Shown: positions 53,884 to 64,000 of the stretch, in pieces
Position numbering within the stretch: position 1 is the first letter of the stretch
Layout: each line of letters begins with the position of its first letter
Assembly: GCA_964345995.1 (NCBI GenBank)
Contig: CAYFST010000001.1
Coordinates: forward strand, 269 to 64,268
Direction of reading: 5' to 3'
Origin: an uncultured Gammaproteobacteria bacterium
Lineage (GTDB): Bacteria; Patescibacteriota; Patescibacteriia; 2-12-FULL-60-25
DNA length: 64,000 bases
Notes under the pieces: generated by a model
Told to the model about the DNA's origin: nothing
What the model saw: only the letters and a program-made list of their open reading frames with translations
Databases searched by the model: none
Translations under genes and position numbers: made by a program

Positions 53884-54987
53884 TTAAAATTGAGGTTCGT
53901 ATTTTTGTAAGGAGGCAATTTCTATCCAAGTATTACCCCGCAAAAACCCAACATCACGGCCGTCTGGGGTTTTAATTGTGTAAAAACTACCGGCTTGTCT
54001 GTTCCAGACGATTTCTTTAACATCTGCGCCGGAAAAATACCAGCCTTTGCCTTGGCCTGTTGTACGGATAAATAAACGCCCCACTTCATCTAACGTTCTT
54101 TGTTCGGTGCTTATGACAAGCACGTTTTTAGCATTGATTTTTGAGCCATCTTTATCTTTATTTCTTGTACCGGCTACATATCTGGCATATGAATTTGATT
54201 CTTCATCATAAACCCATTTAACCTTATAAGATCCGTCAAACGGAACAACGATCTCTCGCACTTCCCCGGGAACAAAGTCTTCGTCTTGATCCATAAAAAT
54301 CCAGGGTTCGAATTTGCCTACTTGCCAGTTTTTATCTGCAGTCGCTTGAGACAACTTATCACCGCTAGTAAAAACATTGTGCGGAGCCAGACGATATTTA
54401 GAGCGCCAGAAGTAAGCTTCACCCGCCATTTCATCCAAGTTGCGAAAACCTATGAGGCCACCAATACGATTTAGAGCTTCGGGGCTACCGCCCACATGCG
54501 CGTAAACAGCGTCTAAAGATCGCGCCCATTCAACATAATATGGTCTGGCTGAACGAACAGGTCCGATCTCGGCTACAGTGGTTGACGCGTCAAAGACAGC
54601 CATAAGGCGCGTAATACCACCTTCTACAGGAGCCTCAAAAACAAGGCTGGCTTGTGAAACACCTGCCAAAGGTCTAGCTTGTACGTGGTTTTCGATCATC
54701 ACGGCTCTTGGTAAAAGACGCGCTTGATTGAGTTCGACTTTGATACCGTCTAACCAGCGAGCTTCAAGTCCGTCATCAACTTTGGTACTGGTTGGCGTAT
54801 TAAAACCATCTTGCTCGGCTGGAGCAACTTCTTCGGTATTAAATAGCGCGAAAATAAGAAAACCCGTACTTAACACCGTAATCAAAAAGGCGCCTACGGC
54901 GAAATACAACCAATGGCGCCTTACCCAAAGTTCAATTTGTAAAATATTAAGGGATTTTGTCTCTTTACCCTCCTTACGCTTAATCAT
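53884..54987 (-). CDS. DUF3048-family secreted/membrane-anchored protein (YerB-like)
   Basis: TM anchor, then VMIENHVQARPLAGVSQASLVFEAPVEGGITRLMAVF and RSARPYYVEWA. Confidence 0.7.
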   Translation of the reverse strand: MIKRKEGKETKSLNILQIELWVRRHWLYFAVGAFLITVLSTGFLIFALFNTEEVAPAEQDGFNTPTSTKVDDGLEARWLDGIKVELNQARLLPRAVMIENHVQARPLAGVSQASLVFEAPVEGGITRLMAVFDASTTVAEIGPVRSARPYYVEWARSLDAVYAHVGGSPEALNRIGGLIGFRNLDEMAGEAYFWRSKYRLAPHNVFTSGDKLSQATADKNWQVGKFEPWIFMDQDEDFVPGEVREIVVPFDGSYKVKWVYDEESNSYARYVAGTRNKDKDGSKINAKNVLVISTEQRTLDEVGRLFIRTTGQGKGWYFSGADVKEIVWNRQAGSFYTIKTPDGRDVGFLRGNTWIEIASLQKYEPQF

Positions 54988-55000
54988 GGCGTTATTTTAA

Positions 55001-55690
55001 TTACTCTTCTTTTTTATCGTTTGATTCTTGCTTTGAATTTTTATCTCCCTCAGCTTCCTCGCCTTCTTTCTTTTCTTCACCTTCGGTTTGAACCTCGGAA
55101 ATATCGCCTATTTCTTGTTCTTCAAGTTTTTTGAGTTCTTCTTCGGAGAGCGGTTCTTCGACTGTGGCGATCAATTCATCGGGTTCATGATTGATGGTGA
55201 TACCTTCGGATACGGACAAAGAAGATACTTCGATGCGATCGTTATAAGTTGCCAAGGCTGAAAGATCGACTACAAGTTCTTTGGGTAGCTTGGCAGGTAA
55301 GCATACAATTTCCACTTCGTCGAGATTTTTAATTAACGTACCACCCATTTTTACCGCATCTGATTCGCCTTCAAAAACAAGTGGCAGATTAACCGTGATG
55401 GGCTGGTCCATGCGAATTTGACGCAAATCTACGTGAATCGGTCGCATACTTACAGGGTCAACTTGCACGTCTTGAATAATGGCTTTCACGGGTTCGGTGT
55501 CATTTATTATCAAATCAAAAAGTGAATTGTATTTGACTTCGCGATACAGATGCAAGAAATCCGTTGGGTTAATGCTAATCGAGCTTGGCTCAATTCCCTT
55601 GCCGTAAACCACGGCTTTAATGGGTTCGCGACCATCAATTGGAGCCGGTCTTTGACCGGGTTGGCGTGTTTTTACTGTTAGTGCAGTCAT
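55001..55690 (-). CDS. rplY: 50S ribosomal protein L25 / general stress protein Ctc, with acidic C-terminal tail
   Basis: IKAVVYGKG, IIQDVQVDPV, PIHVDLRQI, and the beta-barrel C-terminal domain. The ORF-track start at 55732 is TTG; ATG lies at 55688-55690. Confidence 0.85.
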   Translation of the reverse strand: MTALTVKTRQPGQRPAPIDGREPIKAVVYGKGIEPSSISINPTDFLHLYREVKYNSLFDLIINDTEPVKAIIQDVQVDPVSMRPIHVDLRQIRMDQPITVNLPLVFEGESDAVKMGGTLIKNLDEVEIVCLPAKLPKELVVDLSALATYNDRIEVSSLSVSEGITINHEPDELIATVEEPLSEEELKKLEEQEIGDISEVQTEGEEKKEGEEAEGDKNSKQESNDKKEE

Positions 55691-55802
55691 AAATTTTAAT
55701 CCAATGTCCGTCAAGTTCTTCAATTCCTTCAAGCTTGAATATGTTGCTTTATGGACTTGATAGACTTTTTACTTGATGAACTTTTTGTATAGTGTGCGTA
55801 TA

Positions 55803-56141
55803 TTAAGCGAGTTTTTCCCGCATGTCAAGTAGATTTTGGCACAAATCACGACTTTGGCCGGAAATAATTTTATGTGCCAAAATGCAGTCTTCGGCGCTGA
55901 CCGCTTGAGTTTGAGCCAGACGAAGCGCGTCATCGCTATTAGCATCCGTAATCAAACCTATAGCGCTTACTCCGGCTTCATCTTGAACAATATAATAAAA
56001 CAAGCCATGCGAACATGATGGACATGTTGAATGGAATAATTTGACATTACCTTGTTCCAAAACCAGTTTTACTTGTTCGGTCGGGTATAAAGCTTTGCAA
56101 ATAGGGCAATGTGTCATTAGTGGCAACATTTGCTTCATCAT
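55803..56141 (-). CDS. small zinc-ribbon protein, hypothetical
   Basis: CPICK...(26 aa)...CPSCSH pair of CxxC knuckles. No family recognised. Confidence 0.5.
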   Translation of the reverse strand: MMKQMLPLMTHCPICKALYPTEQVKLVLEQGNVKLFHSTCPSCSHGLFYYIVQDEAGVSAIGLITDANSDDALRLAQTQAVSAEDCILAHKIISGQSRDLCQNLLDMREKLA

Positions 56142-56172
56142 GGCTTAAGAATATCGCCAAAGGCGCTTCGGG

Positions 56173-57297
56173 TCAATCCAAGGCCGTAGCTTTATTAAAA
56201 CTACCCGCACTGACTTTCATGTTTAATACTATACCTATCGCTATATAACCGGCCACCAAAGACGAAGCGGCCGCCGAGGCAAAAGGCAATGGGATACCGG
56301 TCACGGGCATAATCCCCATGTTCATACCCGCATTAACCAAAATATGCATGGCGAACATTCCGGCTATCATTATAGTAAAGGTCTGCACAAAAGTGTCGCG
56401 CGAAGCATAACCGACAGCTAATATTCTGATTAAGATGACACTGAAAAGGATTAGTATTAAGGCCAAACCCGCAAAACCCAGTTCCTCGCCCATAACAGCG
56501 AACATGAAATCGGTTGAAGCCTCGGGCAGAAAACGCAAGCGCGATTGGCTACCCTCCCCTATTCCTTTGCCAAACCAGCCTCCGGAGCCAATGGCTGTTT
56601 GTGCTTGAATGACATTATAGCCGGCACCGAGCGGATCGGCTTCGGGGTTAAGAAAGCTGGTTATACGATCTTGTTGATAAGGAGCTAAGATAAAAGCCCA
56701 GGATAAATACATGGTTGCGGCTCCGGCAATAATCAGTAAAAGCCAAATACGTTTTTTTAAGCCCGCAAAAGCAACCCCTACTAACCAAATAACCAAAACC
56801 ACCATGGCCGACCCCAAATCCGGTTGTAGCATTATAAGCCCCACATAGAGCGCCATGGCAATAAAGCTTCCAAAGAATGTTGTCCAATTAAGGCGCCGGT
56901 GTACTTGTTTATAAAAATATGAAGCTAAAAATAAGGCAAACAAAACTTTAGCGATTTCGACGGGCTGAATACTAACAGTACCCAACCGAAACCAACCCTG
57001 CGTACCCCTAACCTCGACGCCTAAAAACAAAACTCCCAAAAGCATTAAAAAACCGATTATATATGCTATCAGACCGTAAGCTCGTAAACGCTGGTAATCC
57101 CAAAGTATGAGCACAACCATAAAGATAACACCCAAAGCTATGGCAATAACTTGTTTGCGGAATTGCAGTAAGCTGGTTATCTCATAGGATGTACCAATTC
57201 CGTATATCATCAGAAGGCCGATGGAAGAGAGCGCGAATAAACAACCGATAAGCAACCAATCGACTTTGCGTAAAAATTCAGGCCACGATGTATTCAT
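56173..57297 (-). CDS. FtsW/RodA/SpoVE-family peptidoglycan glycosyltransferase (RodA-like)
   Basis: About 10 TM helices. Motifs VDWLLIGCLFALSSIGLLMIYG, QPVEIAKV, QPDLGSA, PEASTDFMFA, GIPLPF. Confidence 0.85.
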   Translation of the reverse strand: MNTSWPEFLRKVDWLLIGCLFALSSIGLLMIYGIGTSYEITSLLQFRKQVIAIALGVIFMVVLILWDYQRLRAYGLIAYIIGFLMLLGVLFLGVEVRGTQGWFRLGTVSIQPVEIAKVLFALFLASYFYKQVHRRLNWTTFFGSFIAMALYVGLIMLQPDLGSAMVVLVIWLVGVAFAGLKKRIWLLLIIAGAATMYLSWAFILAPYQQDRITSFLNPEADPLGAGYNVIQAQTAIGSGGWFGKGIGEGSQSRLRFLPEASTDFMFAVMGEELGFAGLALILILFSVILIRILAVGYASRDTFVQTFTIMIAGMFAMHILVNAGMNMGIMPVTGIPLPFASAAASSLVAGYIAIGIVLNMKVSAGSFNKATALD

Positions 57298-57402
57298 GCA
57301 ATGTAATTTACATTAAGCGCGGGACGCGTCAAACCCTAAGTGTAAATAGGCTAAAAAAGCAGCCTACGGACTACCGGAGACTGCTTCAATTTAATTTAAA
57401 CA

Positions 57403-58299
57403 TTAATTGGTAAGCCTGTTTGAAGGTAAATAAGCATTAGGATCAAGCAGGTTAACAACAGGCATAATCTCGGTTTTAGTGACTGAGGTGATGGTGTCGT
57501 ACCAGAATAAATCTACTTGTCTAGTTTCGCCGGGTTTGAGTTCGCGAATATTTATTTTATTGATGGCTACCAAAGTATTGCCGCGTTTTAGCTTGATAAT
57601 GTAATCGATGGACCAAAAACCATAAGCGCTGTTATTAACCACTTCAAAACTGGTTCTGGATGCGGTTTGCCCGCCTGTCCGAACTTGGCGTTCAAAGTTG
57701 ACATTACGCACCGTAACATCACCAAAGCGTTTGTTGATGAATTTTTGATAATCGTATTCAACCTCCGAAGGTTCAATGCGGTGCCAGCGGATGTTATCGA
57801 TAAGTAGCTGAGCGACACGCACGTTGGGCGATGAAGATTCAAAACCCAATTCGGATAAAGTTGTGAGTTCACCGGGTAAAACAAAGCCTTGGCGCGCCGG
57901 AGTTTGTTCGCCGGCCACGCTGAATTTATAAGAAAATTCAACCCACCAATCTTGGTTGGAATTTTCGATATCTACCGCGATATCTATGCGATCATCGGTC
58001 GTAGCGAAAACTTTTACAGCCGAGGTGCCCACATTCGTAGGGCGATCTTGCATTAAGCGGTTGAGATTTTGCTGGTTACTCGCAATTTCCAAGGTAAGGC
58101 GCGATTCGCGGGGGTAGCTGATGGCATAAGCATCTAAAAGACCCCAGCCAACATAGCCCCACACCAACACGTTTAAAGCAATGAGCGTGATACGAAACCA
58201 ACGTCTAATAGTGATGCGGTTACGCACCCACCAACTTGCCGCTTGGAGCTCACCTTCAGTGAAACCGCGACCTGTTGCTGAATTTACTGCCATACCCAT
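57403..58299 (-). CDS. hypothetical single-pass membrane protein
   Basis: TM WFRITLIALNVLVWGYVGWGLL followed by a ~230-aa beta-rich domain. No family recognised. Confidence 0.5.
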   Translation of the reverse strand: MGMAVNSATGRGFTEGELQAASWWVRNRITIRRWFRITLIALNVLVWGYVGWGLLDAYAISYPRESRLTLEIASNQQNLNRLMQDRPTNVGTSAVKVFATTDDRIDIAVDIENSNQDWWVEFSYKFSVAGEQTPARQGFVLPGELTTLSELGFESSSPNVRVAQLLIDNIRWHRIEPSEVEYDYQKFINKRFGDVTVRNVNFERQVRTGGQTASRTSFEVVNNSAYGFWSIDYIIKLKRGNTLVAINKINIRELKPGETRQVDLFWYDTITSVTKTEIMPVVNLLDPNAYLPSNRLTN

Positions 58300-58349
58300 C
58301 TATTATACCACGTCCCACGTCACCCGTCCCAATCGTCCCGCGTCGATGG

Positions 58350-58922
58350 TTAGAGGAAGCGTTTTGCGGATTTAAATTCGCAATCTTTAAAGACGAGTTC
58401 CCAGACACTGCCCATGGGCATATCGATGTTGTGAATTTCGTGCCAGGGCAAATTTTGTAGTTTGACAATTGCCGAGGCCATTGGTTCGCGGTGCGAGCAG
58501 ATTATAATATCACCCTCATTGCGGGAAGATGCGGCATCTTGGATTGCTGAGATGACGCGGCTCGCGAGATCGTTTAATGGCTCCATTCCGTCGGTGACAA
58601 GATCAGGTGAATAGTAGCCGGAATTTTCATAAAAATCTTGCATAGTGCGACCTGTCCATTTGCCCGTGTCCCATTCAATTAGGCGTTCGTCGGTTGTGAC
58701 CGGCGTTTGAAGTGCTTGCGACAAGATGGAGGCGGTTTGCTGAGCGCGCTTTAAAGGTGATGCGACGATGCGACATATCTTAAATCCTTTGTCTTTTATC
58801 TTTTGACCTACGGCGGTGATTTGATTCTCCCCTGTTTGTGATAGATGCCAGCCGGGCTGGCAACCGTAATTGATTCTTTTGGGATTATTAACTTCGCCAT
58901 GGCGGATGAGATAGATTTTCAT
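58350..58922 (-). CDS. histidine phosphatase (phosphoglycerate mutase-like) family protein
   Basis: MKIYLIRHGE (RHG motif), SPLKRAQQT, and a C-terminal CSHREP histidine. ATG at 58920-58922. Confidence 0.8.
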   Translation of the reverse strand: MKIYLIRHGEVNNPKRINYGCQPGWHLSQTGENQITAVGQKIKDKGFKICRIVASPLKRAQQTASILSQALQTPVTTDERLIEWDTGKWTGRTMQDFYENSGYYSPDLVTDGMEPLNDLASRVISAIQDAASSRNEGDIIICSHREPMASAIVKLQNLPWHEIHNIDMPMGSVWELVFKDCEFKSAKRFL

Positions 58923-59038
58923 AACGTCTGAACCTTGATTAATCATGATTTTCGCATATATTAACATGATTACTGATGGAGTTGAATTTTACACTTTTAA
59001 CCATATCACGCACAAAGTACAAATCGAGGTCAGAGGGA

Positions 59039-59067
59039 TTGACAGAAAGCGAGATTTGTGATTAAAT
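59039..59067 (+). promoter_or_regulatory. sigma70-like promoter candidate for an orphan plus-strand unit
   Basis: Perfect TTGACA (59039-59044), a 17-nt spacer, then TGa-TTAAAT (extended -10, 59062-59067). Confidence 0.4.
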
Positions 59068-59073
59068 AGGTAT

Positions 59074-59493
59074 TAATCGTGGGTTAAGCGGTATTTTCAA
59101 CCCTCGAGAGGGCGAATATTGATTGATGCGACCGCTTTGCATCTTTCGTACGTTGAGGAGTCATATGACTCTCTTCGAGCCAACTCGCACCGCACACGCA
59201 TCAGGCGGCGGACACTTGCATGGGCAATATGCCCGATTGTTGATCGCCCAAACCTTTGATACGGTGCGCATTCTATAGGATACTAGACCAGAGCCTCGTA
59301 TGGGGCGCGCATACGGTTGCGTTAGATGGTCTTGTAGTTGGTTATCCCGGCCGTTACAGGGATGAACCGACGCGCCCTCGGCTTATGGCCGATAATTATC
59401 GGAACATAAGAGAGTGGCGCGAATACTGTACACGCTGCCAGTCTATGGGCGACATGAGTTAATGCCCCAAACTGATTGCAGCGTGATTTTTTT
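59074..59493 (+). ncRNA. candidate structured non-coding RNA of unknown class (about 420 nt), or carrier of a 37-codon small ORF
   Basis: Bounded by the promoter candidate and a terminator. G+C looks higher than in other intergenic DNA. Several nested helices: AGCGGT/ACCGCT 59087-59137, GGGCA/TGCCC 59222-59234, and GGGCGCG-CGGTT...AACCG-CGCGCCC 59303-59377 with an inner ATCCC/GGGAT. No class-defining motif recognised. Confidence 0.35.
59431..59493 (+). terminator. terminator-like helix closing the orphan unit
   Basis: CACGCTGC (59431-59438) pairs with GCAGCGTG (59478-59485), with an inner GGGC/GCCC hairpin, followed by ATTTTTTT. Confidence 0.45.
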
Positions 59494-59512
59494 ATACAAA
59501 TTTCACCCCTTC

Positions 59513-59535
59513 CCTCCCTTTGACAAGGGAGGTTT
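59513..59535 (+). terminator. hairpin CCTCCCTT-TGAC-AAGGGAGG followed by TTTAT
   Basis: 8-bp perfect stem at 59513-59532. Confidence 0.4.
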
Positions 59536-59574
59536 ATGATCCCTCTAGTCAAGCGGTTAATTTACGGGATTACT

Positions 59575-59596
59575 CCCCTTTTTTAAAGGGGTTTTT
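59575..59596 (+). terminator. hairpin CCCCTTT-TTT-AAAGGGG followed by TTTTT
   Basis: 7-bp stem at 59575-59591 and T5 at 59592-59596. Confidence 0.5.
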
Positions 59597-59670
59597 GTAG
59601 GGGCGAATTCTGTGTTCACTTAGCCCGAACCTATAACACAGAGTGAACACCTGGTTCGTTCCTACAAAAA
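59592..59670. repeat. nested imperfect inverted repeat upstream of gyrB
   Basis: TTTTTGTAGG (59592-59601) pairs with CCTACAAAAA (59661-59670). These enclose GTGTTCACT (59612-59620) paired with AGTGAACAC (59642-59650). Confidence 0.7.
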
Positions 59671-59733
59671 AACATAATGATGCGGGAAGATTGGGACGAA
59701 AGACGCGGGACGTGTGTACCTTGACAATTCTTC

Positions 59734-61834
<2,101 letters not shown>

Positions 61835-62047
61835 CAGCGACCACGCATAATGCGTGCACAGTAGTGTATAATAAAGATCGGACGGATCGTGTTTGACGCG
61901 ATACAAGTACGGTCTTTTTTGTTTGCGGTGATACGATTAATCCGGTTCTATACGCACGTGATGATTTCAAGTTAAATGACAGGTAGCGACCATCTTTTCA
62001 CTTCGGTCGGCATTGACGTTTGAGGGTTTTAATGATACGCAAAGATT

Positions 62048-62893
62048 ATGCGAGCTCATGAACCAGTTAAAGAAGAGTATCATTTCAGCGTTTATCTTTT
62101 ATATAATGACAGCGGGCGTTTTTTATTGCAATTAAGACCTCGTAATAGAAACTTTTTACCGCATTATTGGTGCACGTTCGGAGGCAGGGTTGAGGTCGGA
62201 GAAACACCGTATCATTCGGTCAGACGTAAAGCTTATGAAGAGATGCGTTATAAAGCTAAAAATCTCAAGTATGTTTTAAGTACCACTTTTGAACATAAGG
62301 AGTTTAAAGCGCATCTGCATATTTTTGTGGAAAAATTCAGCCAAAAACAAAAGCTCAATATCGTTGATGGCGAGAATTGGGGCTGGTTTGACGCGGATCA
62401 TTTGGAAACTTTGAAAATACAGAGGCATGACAGAGAATTGCTAAAATATGTAAACGCTTGGTTAAAAAATCTGAAAGAAAGAGATGTGGTTATATATTTT
62501 TTATACGATAAAAAAGGACGCATTTTACTGCAAAAAAGAGCAAAAGATCTGGCATTCTTACCCGGCAAGTGGTCTTTTTTCGGCGGAGGTGTTGAACCGG
62601 GCGAAACTCCAACCGAAGCATTAAAGAGAGAGGCTCTTGAAGAGCTGAATTTCAGAGTAATACGACCGCAGTTGATTATGAAGACTTCGTTTCAGCATCA
62701 TGCACAAAAAGCCAATATGCAGATTTTTTTGGAGCCTTGCCATAATAAGTGGGGTATGAAATTACAGGAAGGCGAAGATTGGGTTTGGATAAGTGAAAAT
62801 GAGATGGATGGCTTGGATATGATTGAAAGTGATAGGTACATTTTGAGTTACGCTTTTGAATACATAAAGAAATTGAAAGTTAACGGAAGCTAA
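62048..62893 (+). CDS. tandem double-NUDIX hydrolase
   Basis: Two Nudix boxes in one chain: GGRVEVGETPYHSVRRKAYEEMRY and GGGVEPGETPTEALKREALEELNF. Confidence 0.85.
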   Translation: MRAHEPVKEEYHFSVYLLYNDSGRFLLQLRPRNRNFLPHYWCTFGGRVEVGETPYHSVRRKAYEEMRYKAKNLKYVLSTTFEHKEFKAHLHIFVEKFSQKQKLNIVDGENWGWFDADHLETLKIQRHDRELLKYVNAWLKNLKERDVVIYFLYDKKGRILLQKRAKDLAFLPGKWSFFGGGVEPGETPTEALKREALEELNFRVIRPQLIMKTSFQHHAQKANMQIFLEPCHNKWGMKLQEGEDWVWISENEMDGLDMIESDRYILSYAFEYIKKLKVNGS

Positions 62894-62958
62894 AAATTTT
62901 TGCAAAAGTGCCATTGCGAACTATTATAAAACCTCCCCTTAGTTGGGGAGGTAAAAGC

Positions 62959-64000
62959 CTAGTCCTTACGCGGACGGATGAGATAGATGAAAGTACTAAG
63001 CACGGCAAGCGAGCCGCCCATCAGTATCCAGAGATAGCCCACCGAATCAGCAGTTGCCGGCCGGCCGCGCAATATGTAAGACATGAGCAGGTAAAGGCAA
63101 AAACTGGTTAAGCTGGTGGCCATGGTTTGCATGGATTTGTAAGTGGCGCGGTATTTGCTTTGGATGAAATTTTGGATATAAGGATCCGCCGAAGGACCAA
63201 TCAGCCCTCGGCCGAGTTCATGCACGCAACAGAATAAGAGTACCGGACTTAGGCGGGTTGCGTAACCGGCCAATGCCAGACCGGAGCCACTTAGAAAAAG
63301 AGCGATAATAATGCCCAGTTTGCTGATTGTACGCTGTTTGTTTTCGCTTTTTTGTTTATCTTGTTTGGATTTATTGTAACACCGAGATAAAATCCAGGGC
63401 CCTACCATGGTCATCGAGTAGATTAATATCCAGATTACACTCAGGTATTTTTGGTCTCCGGATATCTCGCGCAGGTAAACGGGCCAATAATGGTTAAACG
63501 CGAAACTCAGTGTAAAGCAACATAATGCCAAAGTCGTCCACTTTAACGGCCAGCTCGCGCGCCAAGCATTATAGCTATCTTGCGTGGTACTCCACAGCTT
63601 TGCTTTTTTATTTTCCAGTTGGCTATTTTCATCTCTAATGACTTCGCCTTGACCGTTAATTTGCCAATAAGCGATAAAGAATGAGAAAGTCAAAGACACG
63701 CTACCCAAAAGCCACACACATCTGTAGCCGGCGAGATCGGCGATAAGCGCTCCCAATGAACCGGAGACCAGCGCGGTTACGCTCATCCACTTAATTGCCT
63801 TTGACTTGATTTCTCCAAAATCACTAAGTCGGCCTTGGCGGTCGAGCGCATCGGCCAGCCAGGCATCGTCGGCTCCGGAGATGAATGCCATGCCAGTGGC
63901 CACGAACATTTCGGCAAAGAGAGCGGAGTAGAAGTTGTAAGCAAAGACATAGCTAAAGATGCCCAAGCCAAATACGGCGGTACCCACTTTGATAGACCAA
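62959..64000 (-). CDS. MFS-type transporter, N-terminus beyond the window edge
   Basis: Polytopic protein. An ADALDRQGR loop resembles the MFS motif A region. The ORF-track start at 63987 is GTG, and the frame stays open to position 64000. Confidence 0.6.
   Translation of the reverse strand, partial: WSIKVGTAVFGLGIFSYVFAYNFYSALFAEMFVATGMAFISGADDAWLADALDRQGRLSDFGEIKSKAIKWMSVTALVSGSLGALIADLAGYRCVWLLGSVSLTFSFFIAYWQINGQGEVIRDENSQLENKKAKLWSTTQDSYNAWRASWPLKWTTLALCCFTLSFAFNHYWPVYLREISGDQKYLSVIWILIYSMTMVGPWILSRCYNKSKQDKQKSENKQRTISKLGIIIALFLSGSGLALAGYATRLSPVLLFCCVHELGRGLIGPSADPYIQNFIQSKYRATYKSMQTMATSLTSFCLYLLMSYILRGRPATADSVGYLWILMGGSLAVLSTFIYLIRPRKD

Noticed and set aside
59256-59552. ORFs of 68 aa (plus) and 76 aa (minus) in the gyrB upstream spacer.
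   Set aside because: The plus ORF starts with TTG and has no SD. Both ORFs run through the helices and terminators described for the candidate RNA, and no family is recognised.

Overview
Gene-dense 64-kb segment of a low-GC bacterial chromosome (my spot counts give about 43% G+C in ordinary genes). It holds about 50 protein genes, nearly all on the minus strand, and one tRNA-Asp(GUC). I found no rRNA, no CRISPR array and no recognisable transposase, integrase or phage gene. Core content: UvrD/PcrA-type helicase, rluB, mltG, nth, two tandem gpmI, lysS, pyk, htrA-like, nrdR, ftsZ, ftsA, dgkA, ybeY, yqeY-rpsU, hisS, lepB, prmC, murA, rplY, a RodA/FtsW-family gene and gyrB. Many lineage-restricted secreted or membrane proteins are interleaved. 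The repertoire suggests a Patescibacteria/CPR-type organism (inference only): stand-alone VirB2/TrbC-like pilins, DUF3048, a four-helix-bundle protein, RNHCP, a giant Cys-rich surface protein, and compact operons with 1-4 nt gaps or overlaps. Main points of interest: (1) At 32.3-46.3 kb, three consecutive tightly coupled same-strand genes begin with the same VirB2/TrbC-like pilin hairpin. One is a bare 124-aa pilin, one a 645-aa Ig-domain fusion, and one an 11.4-kb gene for a 3,803-aa Cys-rich multidomain protein. No T4SS machinery gene lies in the window. (2) At 13.4-16.9 kb, a plus-strand two-gene insert is compositionally foreign (55-67% G+C spot counts in gene 1). It encodes single-pass membrane proteins that share a Cys-containing C-terminal ectodomain. 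(3) A MetK-fold protein has substituted catalytic motifs. (4) A promoter-to-terminator non-coding unit of about 420 nt lies upstream of gyrB, and a second orphan structured region lies downstream of pyk. All family assignments come from reading the translated ORFs by eye; no database search was run. Several ORF-track starts are TTG/GTG, and I moved them to the nearest in-frame ATG after checking the nucleotides.
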